From positions 1,388,501 through 1,452,500 of the forward strand of contig JAUPSS010000007.1 in NCBI GenBank assembly GCA_040285825.1: a stretch of DNA of 64,000 nt. The letters run 5' to 3'. Shown piece after piece: positions 37,846 to 50,092 of the stretch; position 1 is the stretch's first letter; each line of letters starts with the position of its first letter. The notes beneath the pieces are model-generated. The model did no database searches. It worked only from the letters and a program-made list of their open reading frames with translations, and was not told the DNA's origin. This DNA is from Eukaryota sp. TZLM1-RC. Taxonomy: Eukaryota > Protista > Metamonada: BaSk clade. The translations under genes were made by a program, and so were the position numbers.

Positions 37846-38024
37846 TCAGGTAGCTTCCCTGCACCGGCACCGTGACGCCGCTGCCCTGCTGGGAATGCCC
37901 GACGACGAGGTGGGCACCTGCCCCAGGCGAGGCGGTAACGATCTGGGTGTGGTCGACCCCGAACCGGAGCTTGATGCTACGCGCTACCTGCCACCTGGAC
38001 TGGAGCTGTGGAGGCCACGGCCGT
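37846..38024. other. About 180-bp very GC-rich foreign-looking insert
   Basis: Roughly two-thirds GC in an AT-rich background; absent from the family D copy at about 27950-27975 (AAAGCAGTTGTTCCC). Confidence 0.8.
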
Positions 38025-38789
38025 GTTGTTCCCTTACTATTTTCAGCTTTGTTATCTCTTGAACGTGTTTATGAAAGAAAAACCTCCAGTTAATTCTTTT
38101 TGACTGATTTGGGTTATGAAGATATGGTATTTTAACCTGGTCGTATAGTTTGTTTTTCATTGGAATAAATGATAATTAAGGGAAAAATTAATTACATTTT
38201 TAAATTTATCAAATAATTGTGTCATTTTGCTTCAGTGATAATGTAAACTCAAGGATTATTTTTGCCAAAAATGAATCAAATGTGACATTTGCATTTACTG
38301 AATTGTTGTATTTGAAAAAAAATTAGTCAGTAGCCAAAAATTGAAACATTCTACCGGCTTTTGTTGGGTTATGTCGACTTAGTTCCATAAACAGATAAAC
38401 AATAAATACACAGAGAGTTTATGGAAGCAGTTAAGAAAATAAAAAAATAAAATAAAATAAAAAAAATAAAAAAAAACAACAAATTTAAACTAACGATGAC
38501 GTGATGTCACGTCAACCTTCCAAATCGGGAAAGCACGTTTAGCCTAAGCTAACACTTTGATTTCAATATAAAACGGTTTTTTATATTATTCTCAACACTA
38601 TATTTTTTCTATTCCTCATTGTCAACCCCAAGATAATATCTGTGATATTGTTTAAAATTTTCAGCACCATCAATTTTACATTTTTCGTAAATTGTATTTT
38701 TCATCAAGTTCAATAGACACACAATTTCTTCCCACATGATAATTGTTAATCGTTTTCTTATGTTTTCACTTTCCAACTAGTCATCAGAC

Positions 38790-39580
38790 ATCCAGAACTG
38801 CAGTAGTTTAATATCTCAGCAACCAAGGCCATTTGGTCTTCATTTAACAAACGAAGCTTGGAAACAAAACATGCGGTTGAGATTGGGGCTGTATCCAAGT
38901 GGTCTTTTGGATAATTCTGTTTGTATTTGTAACGAAAAACCTACTGTCGATTTCCGTCATATTGTTAGTTGTAAGAAATTTCTTCAATATCGGTCAGTTT
39001 TTCATAATGCCGTTCGTGATGTGACAAATGAGATGTGCAAGTGTTACAATTTTAGTTGCAAAGTAGAACCGTTGTTGAAGCATTATAGCGATAATAATCT
39101 GTTTAATTCACGTCGAGGTGATTGAATTGCTCCTTTTGTGGATTCCTCTAAAGTTGTTGTTGATTTTACTACAGTTGATCCCTTTGCATTTGTTTATCGT
39201 GATGATGTTTTAGTCAGTGCCAATGGTCATTTAAACAAGGCTGAAGATCGTAAAAGAGATAAATATACTGAGATATTAAATGATTTAAATAAGAATCTTT
39301 ACTCGAAGTTTTTGTTTGTTCCTTTTGCCTTTTCGATTTTTGGCAACATTCGACAGTCCGCCGTGAATTTTATCAATGATTTTGGTAATTTTTGTCGTTC
39401 AAGTGGTAAGAATTTCGCAGGGAATTTATGGAAGAATCAAATCATTTTCGCTTTGTACAGAAGTGTTCCCAAGTACTTAAGTCTAATGATGTCCAAGCTG
39501 TATAAGGATTCATCAAGATTTGGCGTGGAGAATTTTAATTCTTATGGGTTTTGGTTTATTTTGATATGTTTTGTTTCTTT
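38790..39580 (+). mobile_element. CRE family E 3' part (CCHC + RLE)
   Basis: MRLRLGL..CICNEK..HIVSC..HNAVRD, RRGD, VVDF, AEDRKRDKY, FVPFAFSIFG. Confidence 0.88.
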
Positions 39581-39589
39581 GTTTTTTCA

Positions 39590-39922
39590 ATTATTCCAGA
39601 AAAGAATTTTTTAAATTTGAAGTACACTCTTCGAACATTACAGAAACGATTGACTGGAATGTATGAAAAAGATCTTTATAATAATGTATGCACCTCGGCT
39701 GTTTTAAATCAAGATCTTCACTCATTGTTATTGGAAAAGGGGTGTTTGTGAAAACAAGTCATCAGATTTTTCACTTTTTGTAACCATTGTACCACGAAGA
39801 TTTGGATTGTGTGCAACTAGTGAAGCAATTGTAAAAAAATGAGATTATATTTGAATATCACAATTAAGCAGCTATTATCAAAAGAAAAATGTTGTTGTTC
39901 GAATTCCCCTCAACTCACTTTG
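39590..39922 (+). mobile_element. Internal fragment of CRE family B
   Basis: LNLKYTLRTLQKRLTGMYEKDLY matches 8678 onward. Confidence 0.85.
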
Positions 39923-40764
39923 GAACTCAATGCCTTAGAGACCGCAGACGCTTTAATTTGAAACGTTTGTGCAATTTTTGGCATACCTATGTTAATTCAT
40001 AGTGATAATGGTCCTGAGTTCGCCAATGAGACTTTTGAGATAGTGTGTAATAGATAAGCTATTGAAATGAGTAACTCAATAACCCACTACTCTGAAAGTA
40101 ATGGACTCGTAGAACGAAAACAGAGAGACGTTCTACAATGCTTGAGGAAATTATTAATAGATTTTAATGATTATGGAAATTGGTCTACTTATGTACCCAT
40201 ATCCCAACTACTAATAAATTCCACTAAAAGCAGAAAGACAGGTTTTACCCCATACGAACTAATGTTTGGATCTTCGATTAGTCCAAGATCGGACCCTGCA
40301 AACATATTAGGAAACTTATCAAAATTTGATTCCAAAATACCTGTATTAGACGATATTAAAATGAAAAATATTCGTCTGCAAAAAAAAGGGAAGAAGCAGA
40401 GCATCAACAATCATTAAATACTCCGACTTCAGTAGTCGATACTAATTCGCGTTTTATAGTATTTAATATTGGTGACTATGTCCTTCGTAAAACCAAACAA
40501 AATTATAAATTGCATGGATCTTGGAACGGACCCTTTTTAGTAATAGACCATCCTTCCAACTCTACTTTATTATTGAAGAATGTTACCACTGGCACCGAAT
40601 TAAAGGCTGCTAAGAAAGATTGCAAAATCTATAACGCTGAAAATCCACAGGATATCGAATTTCTTAAGGCAGTCGCATCAGGCGATGCTGAGAGCCATGT
40701 TATAGAGAAAATCCTCTCAGAATATAATTCTGACTCAGGTAGTTTTTGTACTGTTCAATGGTTT
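39923..40764 (+). mobile_element. Degenerate Ty3/Gypsy integrase core, GPF/Y motif and first half of a chromodomain
   Basis: CAIFGIPMLIHSDNGPEFAN, SNGLVERKQRD, TGFTPYELMFG, KLHGSWNGPF, HVIEKIL..CTVQWF; homologous to 56688-57516. Confidence 0.88.
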
Positions 40765-41971
40765 GCCTCCCCACTGTCCTCACATGATAAAATTACTTTT
40801 TCATCAAAGGAAATTAGTGAGCTTTTTCTCTTCAATCTTAAAATTTCACAATACTTACTCACTTTCTTTTCTCACATGCATTGCTGGAAGAAATTTAGAA
40901 TAATACCTTTAGCTTTCATAAAGGTTCTAAATTTCATGAAATACCTTCACATGTTTTCCACTCTGTGAAAAAATTTCCACTTATTGAAGGATCATCTTCC
41001 AAAACAAAGTTTATCAGAAATACATGTCTGAAACGAGTGCTCAAACAATGTCCTTACCAAAAATTCAATATCAACAGAAAAAGTTTGAAAAATAAATTTA
41101 AAAATTATTTATTGAAAACTAATGGTATTGAACTGCTTTTGACCTTTAAAGGTAAAAATAATGACTCAGAAAACACAGATGAGCTGGATGAACCACCAAA
41201 AAAAAGAAGATCAAAAAATGAAATGAAAAGTGACCCTGATGCCAACAAAACCAGAGAAACACAGTTGAAGGGCACTAAAAAATGCCCCTTCGAAGACGTA
41301 GACATCCAGTCAAAATTTTACCTGAAAGGCACCTTATTGGTGTTGATCTGGGCCAATCAAGATTATGTGGTTACTTCTTACATGATAATCAATGTGGAGT
41401 TATCCCTTGTCCAACTGGCAGAAGGTACATGACAAAACCTTCATACAGTAAACACTCTTCCAACCAATATTCCGTTCAAAATTTCAACCAATATTTGAAC
41501 CATTGGAATTTGGTCAGGAGAAAAGTGTATTTGGAAAGTAATCGCCAGAAATAGAAAATAATTAAATTTGGTAACCGAAGACGAAAAGAGAGACGGTTCA
41601 GAGAGACTCTCAACAAATTTCAAAGGCTGGCTGGACATCCTGATAAACTCTATCTTGCTGTGGGTTCTGCTAATTTCCCTTCTCATTGCCGAAAAGCCAA
41701 TCCATATGGATCAGCAAGAGCTTTCAGAAAATCGTTGTGTTATCAAAAGGACGTGAAGCACATGTCAACCAGTGAATTTAATACAAGCAAACTGTCAAGT
41801 TGTTGCATGGCCGAGAATATTCAAGCAGGATCATGGCAGATGTGTATTTGTACTGAATGTCAAATAGAATATGACCCAGATATTTCTGCTGCAAAAAATA
41901 TTCAAATTAAGAAGAAAGCGGAATTGTGGCTGGAAAGATACATTTGCCCAGATGCTCTGTTGAGGAGATGA
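40765..41971 (+). pseudogene. Fanzor (Fanzor1-like, eukaryotic TnpB-family RuvC nuclease), 5'-truncated and degenerate
   Basis: KKFRIIPL and LKTNGIELLLTF N-lobe motifs; RuvC-I IGVDLG; basic helix KFGNRRRKERRF; LAVGSANF; RuvC-II SEFNTSKLSSCC; CTEC; RuvC-III YDPDISAAKNI. 41282-41971 is one frame with a single TAG at 41552-41554. Confidence 0.82.
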
Positions 41972-42309
41972 ATAGGGAACGTGAGCATACAGAAACTAAA
42001 ACTTTTGAGACCGATCTACAAATGCCTTAGTAGCATTTGGTAGATCCACTTAGATACATCAAGTCGCGAGGCTTTGTTCTGTGAAAGCAGTAGGTGTATT
42101 TAAGTGAGGTAGCCCATTGATGAAGATCATGATTGTCTTTGTCAAATGACGCTACATGTCTCTTACAGCCTGTGAGTAGACATTGAGAAAGTTGAAAACA
42201 GGAGTGAATTTCACAGGGGAATGCTAGTTAGAATTCCGAACGCTCGGCCGAACTAGTTTTTGTTAAACACAGTTTTGTTTAAAGATGTTTTCCCAAATCC
42301 CTATTTCAA
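41970..42309 (+). ncRNA. Highly structured ~340-nt RNA, candidate Fanzor omega-RNA scaffold
   Basis: At least eight nested helices with G-U pairs and GCGA/GAAA tetraloops, starting at the Fanzor stop codon (pairings listed in findings). Confidence 0.65.
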
Positions 42310-42371
42310 CTACTACAATAGATTTCATTGTTTAAAAATCTGTATTCATACATAAAACCATATATGAATCT

Positions 42372-45300
42372 ATGAATGAACAACCTAGGTATCTTACTCA
42401 AGATGTCATCCTGCGTGCTACCAAGAAGACACCAGCTGAGTTAAAATCAGTTACAAGATTAACACTTCAACGACAACACTCAGACCCACATCACCTTAAC
42501 CACATAGAGAACTTACATCTCCTTCCCAATTTGAGAGAGCTAATCTTAACAAACCATGCTATAACTTCTTTCCAGGGCATATCCACAAATTTGCGCCTGG
42601 TAGATTTGTCTTCAAACAGAATCACTTCCTTTTCTCAGTTCTCCGCTCTCTCTTCAGTTGAGATTTTAATCCTTACAGACAATGCTATATCTACAATACC
42701 TCCTCAAATACGACAGCTGCAGTCTCTTAGAGAGCTTCGTCTCAATGGAAACCCTATTACTGCTATCCAAGACATTTCTAATCTAGCTCCTTGTCGCTCC
42801 CTCTCCCTTCTTTCCCTGAGCAGAACTACTGTTGCTGAACTTCCACACTATCGCCCTTTTTGCATCTATGCAATTCCATCTCTTTCTCATCTTGATGCTA
42901 CCTTCGTCTCTGAACAGGAGAGATCTCAAGCAAGAACCAGGTTTGAGGGTAAGGAAAAGAAAGCGTTGGAGCTGAAATTAAGCGATCAAGAGAAGGAAAT
43001 GCAGAGACTAGAAACTGAAAACCAGAAAAATCAAGGTAAAATTGCCAAGCTAGAGCAGTATGTTATTAATATCAAGAAAAAAGCTTCTTTAATAGTAGAC
43101 GAAAGAAATGCTCTGGCCAAACGCTTTGAGGAGCAGAATGAAGTATTAAAAGAAAGAGGAAGGGAGCTCACAAGGGCTCTCGGAAGAATTTCTCAGTTGG
43201 AAAACCAAATAGCTGCTTTTAGTGATGATGACGACGTGGAGTTTAGTCAATTTATTAGGAGTTCACAGGGGAAAAGTTTTGTTAATAAAGGAAGGAAGTC
43301 AATAGAACTCCAGTGTGAATTGGGGTCAGCAGGATTGGGAGGTGAAAATTTTGATGATGACGTGGCGAGATTAGAAGGGATCGTGTCAGATTTGGAAAAG
43401 AGGAATCATGAGCTTTTGAACGTCAGTCAAGAAAATCAACGGTTTAAAGCAATTATAAATGATTTGGAACAAAAGATTGGCGAAAAAGATGAAGAAATTG
43501 CAAGTTTACAAGCTGAATCATTAGAATTGGAAAATTCTCAACAATTAAATGCCCAAAATTGTTCTAAATTCGAGTCAATAATTGATGAAAAGTCTGCTCT
43601 GTTGGCTGAAAAGGAACAAGAAAATGCTAAATTATTGGAAGAATTACACTCAGTTTCTCAAGAAAAGCAGCAGTTAGAAGAATTGCTTCAGCAAAACAGT
43701 TCGGCTGACTTTAATTTTTCCAAGAATCTTTCACCTCAAAATTTAATGAAGTTTTTGACTGATTTTGCTTTAAAAAACTGAAAATTCTGTTGACACCCTT
43801 CGACAAAAAATGGATGATTTGTATTTAAGTAACTTGAGTCAAAAAGAATTAGAAAGTAGAGTAAATGTATTACAAAATGAAGTTGACAATGCTCAAGAAT
43901 TTTCTCAAAATATTACAGATTTAATGGTTGAAATTAGAAAAAATAATGGTATTCCTAGTAGAATTTTAACTGAAATTGAAATTTTAAAGAGTTTAATTCC
44001 AAATAATCCCGAAGGAATTGAAGATCAGAGTACTCTGCTGGCTGAAAAGGAACAAGAAAATGCTAAATTATTGGAAGAATTACACTCAGTTTCTCAAGAA
44101 AAACAGGAATTTGCAGATAATTTATCTAAATTTGAAGCAATTATAAATGATTTGGAGCAAAAAATTGGCGAAAAAGATGAAGAAATTGCAACTTTACAAG
44201 CTGAATCATTAGAATTGGAAAATTCTCAACAATTGAATGTCCAAAATTGTTCTAAATTCGAGTCAATAATTGATGAAAAGTCTGCTCTGTTGGCTGAAAA
44301 GGAACAAGAAAATGCTAAATTATTGGAAGAATTACACTCAGTTTCTCAAGAAAAACAGCAGTTAGAAGAATTGCTTCAGCAAAACAGTTCAGCTGACTTT
44401 AATTTTTCCAAGAATCTTTCACCTCAAAATTTAATGAAGTTTTTGACTGATTTTGCTTTAAAAACTGAAAATTCTGTTGACACCCTTCGACAAAAAATGG
44501 ATGATTTGTATTTAAGTAACTTGAGTCAAAAAGAATTAGAAAGTAGAGTAAATGTATTACAAAATGAAGTTGACAATGCTCAAGAATTTTCTCAAAATAT
44601 TACAGATTTAATGGTTGAAATTAGAAAAAATAATGGTATTCCTAGTAGAATTTTAACTGAAATTGAAATTTTAAAGAGTTTAATTCCAAATAATCCCGAA
44701 GGAATTGAAGATCAGAGTACTCTGCTGGCTGAAAAGGAACAAGAAAATGCTAAATTATTGGAAGAATTACACTCAGTTTCTCAAGAAAAACAGGAATTTG
44801 CAGATAATTTATCTAAATTTGAAGCAATTATAAATGATTTGGAGCAAAAAATTGGCGAAAAAGATGAAGAAATTGCAAGTTTACAAGCTGAATCATTAGA
44901 ATTGGAAAATTCTCAACAATTGAATGTCCAAAATTGTTCTAAATTCGAGTCAATAATTGATGAAAAGTCTGCTCTGTTGGCTGAAAAGGAACAAGAAAAT
45001 GCTAAATTATTGGAAGAATTACACTCAGTTTCTCAAGAAAAGCAGCAGTTAGAAGAATTGCTTCAGCAAAACAGTTCGGCTGACTTTAATTTTTCCAAGA
45101 ATCTTTCACCTCAAAATTTAATGAAGTTTTTGACTGATTTTGCTTTAAAAACTGAAAATTCTGTTGACACCCTTCGACAAAAAATGGATGATTTGTATTT
45201 AAGTAACTTGAGTCAAAAAGAATTAGAAAGTAGAGTAAATGTATTACAAAATGAAGTTGACAATGCTCAAGAATTTTCTCAAAATATTACAGATTTAATG

Positions 45301-48300
45301 GTTGAAATTAGAAAAAAATAATGGTATTCCTAGTAGAATTTTAACTGAAATTGAAATTTTAAAGAGTTTAATTCCAAATAATCCCGAAGGAATTGAAGAT
45401 CAGAGTACTCTGCTGGCTGAAAAGGAACAAGAAAATGCTAAATTATTGGAAGAATTACACTCAGTTTCTCAAGAAAAACAGCAATTTGCAGATAATTTAT
45501 TTAAATTTGAAGCAATTATAAATGATTTGGAACAAAAGATTGGCGAAAAAGATCAAGAAATTGCAACTTTACAAGCTGAATCATTAGAATTGGAAAATTC
45601 TCAACAATTAAATGCCCAAAATTGTTCTAAATTCGAGTCAATAATTGATGAAAAGTCTGCTCTGTTGGCTGAAAAGGAACAAGAAAATGCTAAATTATTG
45701 GAAGAATTACACTCAGTTTCTCAAGAAAAGCAGCAGTTAGAAGAATTGCTTCAGCAAAACAGTTCAGCTGACTTTAATTTTTCCAAGAATCTTTCACCTC
45801 AAAATTTAATGAAGTTTTTGACTGATTTTGCTTTAAAAACTGAAAATTCTGTTGACACCCTTCGACAAAAAATGGACGATTTGTATTTAAGTAACTTGAG
45901 TCAAAAAGAATTAGAAAGTAGATTAAATGTATTACAAAATGAAGTTGACAATGCTCAAGAATTTTCTCAAAATATTACAGATTTAATGGTTGAAATTAGA
46001 AAAAATAATGGTATTCCTAGTAGAATTTTAACTGAAATTGAAATTTTAAAGAGTTTAATTCCAAATAATCCCCAAGGAATTGAAGATCAGAGTGCTCTGC
46101 TAGCTGAAAAGGAACAAGAAAATGCTAAATTATTGGAAGAATTACACTCAGTTTCTCAAGAAAAACAGGAATTTGCAGATAATTTATCCAAATTTGAAGC
46201 AATCATAAATGATTTGGAACAAAAAATTGGCGAAAAAGATGAAGAAATTGCAACTTTACAAGCTGAATCAGTAGAATTGGAAAATTCTCAACAATTGAAT
46301 GCCCAAAATTGTTCTAAATTTGAGGCAATAATTGATGAAAAGTCTGCTCTGTTGGCTGAAAAGGAACAAGAAAATGCTAAATTATTGGAAGAAATGCACG
46401 CAGTTTCTCGAGAAAACAGGAATTTGCAGATAATTTATCTAAATTTGAAGCAATTATAAATGATTTGGAGCAAAAAAATTGGCGAAAAAGATGAAGAAAT
46501 TGCAAGTTTACAAGCTGAATCATTAGAATTGAAAATTCTCAACAATTGAATGCCCAAAATTGTTCTAAATTTGAGTCAATAATTGATGAAAAGTCTGCTC
46601 TGTTGGCTGAAAAGGAACAAGAAAAATGCTAAATTATTGGAAGAAATGCACGCAGTTTCTCGAGAAAAAACAGGAATTTGCAGATAATTTATCTAAATTT
46701 GAAGCAATTATAAATGATTTGGAGCAAAAAATTGGCGAAAAAGATGAAGAAATTGCAAGTTTACAAGCTGAATCATTAGAATTGGAAAATTCTCAACAAT
46801 TGAATGCCCAAAATTGTTCTAAATTTGAGTCAATAATTGATGAAAAGTCTGCTCTGTTGGCTGAAAAGGAACAAGAAAATGCTAAATTATTGGAAGAAAT
46901 GCACGCAGTTTCTCGAGAAAAACAGGAATTTGCAGATAATTTATCTAAATTTGAAGCAATTATAAATGATTTGGAGCAAAAAATTGGCGAAAAAGATGAA
47001 GAAATTGCAAGTTTACAAGCTGAATCATTAGAATTGGAAAATTCTCAACAATTGAATGCCCAAAATTGTTCTAAATTTGAGTCAATAATTGATGAAAAGT
47101 CTGCTCTGTTGGCTGAAAAGGAACAAGAAAATGCTAAATTATTGGAAGAAATGCACGCAGTTTCTCGAGAAAAACAGGAATTTGCAGATAATTTATCCAA
47201 ATTTGAAGCAATCATAAATGATTTGGAACAAAAAATTGGCGAAAAAGATGAAGAAATTGCAAGTTTACAAGCTGAATCATTAGAATTGGAAAATTCTCAA
47301 CAATTGAATGCCCAAAATTGTTCTAAATTCGAGTCGATAATTGATGAAAAGTCTGCTCTGTTGGCTGAAAAGGAACAAGAAAATGCTAAATTATTGGAAG
47401 AAATGCACGCAGTTTCTCAAGAAAAACAGGAATTTGCAGATAATTTATCTAAATTTGAAGCAATTATAAATGATTTGGAGCAAAAAATTGGCGAAAAAGA
47501 TGAAGAAATTGCAAGTTTACAAGCTGAATCATTAGAATTGGAAAATTCTCAACAATTGAATGCCCAAAATTGTTCTAAATTTGAGTCAATAATTGATGAA
47601 AAGTCTGCTCCTGTTGGCTGAAAAGGAACAAGAAAATGCTAAATTATTGGAAGAAATGCACGCAGTTTCTCAAGAAAACAGGAATTTGCAGATAATTTAT
47701 CTAAATTTGAAGCAATTATAAATGATTTGGAGCAAAAATTGGCGAAAAAGATGAAGAAATTGCAAGTTTACAAGCTGAATCATTAGAATTGGAAAATTCT
47801 CAACAATTGAATGCCCAAAATTGTTCTAAATTTGAGTCAATAATTGATGAAAAAGTCTGCTCTGTTGGCTGAAAAGGAACAAGAAAATGCTAAATTATTG
47901 GAAGAAATGCACGCAGTTTCTCGAGAAAAACAGGAATTTGCAGATAATTTATCTAAATTTGAAGCAATTATAAATGATTTGGAGCAAAAAATTGGCGAAA
48001 AAGATGAAGAAATTGCAAGTTTACAAGCTGAATCATTAGAATTGGAAAATTCTCAACAATTGAATGCCCAAAATTGTTCTAAATTTGAGTCAATAATTGA
48101 TGAAAAGTCTGCTCTGTTGGCTGAAAAGGAACAAGAAAATGCTAAATTATTGGAAGAAATGCACGCAGTTTCTCGAGAAAAACAGGAATTTGCAGATAAT
48201 TTATCTAAATTTGAAGCAATTATAAATGATTTGGAGCAAAAATTGGCGAAAAAGATGAAGAAATTGCAAGTTTACAAGCTGAATCATTAGAATTGGAAAA

Positions 48301-50092
48301 TTCTCAACAATTGAATGCCCAAAATTGTTCTAAATTTGAGTCAATAATTGATGAAAAGTCTGCTCTGTTGGCTGAAAAGGAACAAGAAAATGCTAAATTA
48401 TTGGAAGAAATGCACGCAGTTTCTCGAGAAAAACAGGAATTTGCAGATAATTTATCTAAATTTGAAGCAATTATAAATGATTTGGAGCAAAAAATTGGCG
48501 AAAAAGATGAAGAAATTGCAACTTTACAAGCTGAATCAGTAGAATTGGAAAATTCTCAACAATTGGATGCCCAACTTCTAAACCAATTGGATTTATGCTT
48601 AAAAGAATTTCAAACCAAATTTTCAAACATTTCCAGTATTCAAGACGACAACAATTCTTTTTCTTCCAAAATTCGTGCACTGATCTCTTTAGCTGAAAAT
48701 TTCAACTCATCAATGTTGGCAAATTCGGAATATATTTCCAAATTGGAAGTTCAAATTAGTACTCTTGATACTGAATTGTCTGAAAACGAACACAAAATAG
48801 AAGATTTGCAGTCCCAACTTTCCGAAACATCTAGAATTAATTCCAAGTTAAATCATTCTATTAATGAAAAAGCTGAAGAAATCGAACAATTAAGACACGA
48901 ATATGAATCACTTTTAGATAAAGAGAGAGCTCGAAACCACTCTTTAAGGGAGCGAATTACCACATTAACCGCCACAAAAGAAAGCCTAGCCTCAAGTAAT
49001 GAGGACAATGTGTCAGAGCAGAAGAAGCTTCGTTTTGAAGTTGTTAGACTTACCTCCTCTATTTCAGAACTCTATTCTAAAGTTATTCAACTGGAACGAT
49101 CGAATAATTCTCTTACGCAACTCCTCACCGAAGAACGAAATAACAACCAATCATTAGTGAATCGTATTGACTCTCTCAAGACTTCAAAAGACCGCATTCT
49201 TGCTTATTGCGAAGAGTGCACAGTTGATGTTGAGAACAAGACAATGACCATTGAGGATCTGAGAGGTCGTATATCATCATTAGAAGATCAGCTCAAACGA
49301 AATGCTAAATTTGAACCAAAGTACAATGAACTTGAGCAAGAATATCATAATGTTTTTGTTAAACTTGAATCAACCACTTCACACGTTAAAATTCTTTCCT
49401 CCCAAATAATGGATTTGAAATCCCAGGTGCAAGCATTGGAGGCGTTGCGTGGGGAGAGTGAAGCTACGATAGCAGTGTTAAGAAGACGTTTGGAAGGCTC
49501 AAAGGAAGAATTGCAATCAAAGGAAGATTTGATTGGTGATTTAAGAGACCAACTTTCACAGTTACGAGGTTCTCTTCGTTCTGTCAATAGCTCCTCCTCA
49601 TCTCCTCAAGAATTCTCTAGCCCGTTGGTTCTTGAGCTCCGTTCAGCACGGCAACGGATTTCAGAACTTGAAAGTGCAGTGAAAACGGCAAATCATTCTC
49701 CTTTACAGTTGTCACCTTCGGGAAATTTTGAGTATTTGAACAGTGAAAGGCTCAGTAGATCATCTCCACGTCATAGGTTTACTCCATCGTCAAATGATTC
49801 TGACGTCGCACAACTTCAATCGAGGGTGCGAGAATTACAACGAACAAATCTCTCCTTGGAAAAAGCGACTCGCACCCCCAATCGCACGCCAGGTAATCCA
49901 TCATTTTACCCCAAAGAAATGTCATCACCGTCAGTTTTCCATTCACCTTCATTAATTTTGCCAAAACCTCATCCAATACCACTATCAGAGAAGAGTTCTT
50001 CGTCCCAGAGACGTGACCAGACTGTTTTCTATGATATTGTTAATAAATTAAAAGAAGAAAAAATGAAGGAACTTGAAGATAATTTTCCTTAG
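42372..50092 (+). CDS. Centriolin/CEP110-like protein: SDS22-type LRR + very long coiled coil (about 2570 aa when frameshifts are corrected)
   Basis: RYLTQDVI..HIENL..LRELRLNGNPI..LPHYRPFCIYAIPSLSHLD..ERSQARTRF resembles the centriolin N-terminus. ORF breaks are single-base indels, almost all in homopolymer runs inside the repeats. Confidence 0.75.
43445..48565 (+). repeat. Coding tandem array: 4 x 687 bp (229 aa), then about 9 x 252 bp (84 aa)
   Basis: GATTTGGA(A/G)CAAAA recurs at about 43461, 44149, 44836, 45524 and 46211, then every ~252 bp to 48479. Confidence 0.93.

Larger units (their letters stand above)
34300..38170 (+). mobile_element. CRE family D copy split by an LTR element (34846-37511) and a GC-rich insert
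   Basis: ..FGRNR|GDL motif broken at AAATAG and resumed at 37512 ATAGAGGTGA; CKCESKISPYHLLNC..HDAVRD knuckle. Confidence 0.88.

Noticed and set aside
38435-38480. A-rich tract as telomeric repeat or retro-tail
   Set aside because: Irregular low-complexity run with no linked element end or TSD.
42372-50092. Programmed frameshifting or alternative genetic code
   Set aside because: Indels are inconsistent between identical repeat units, and intact genes end in TAA and TAG normally.
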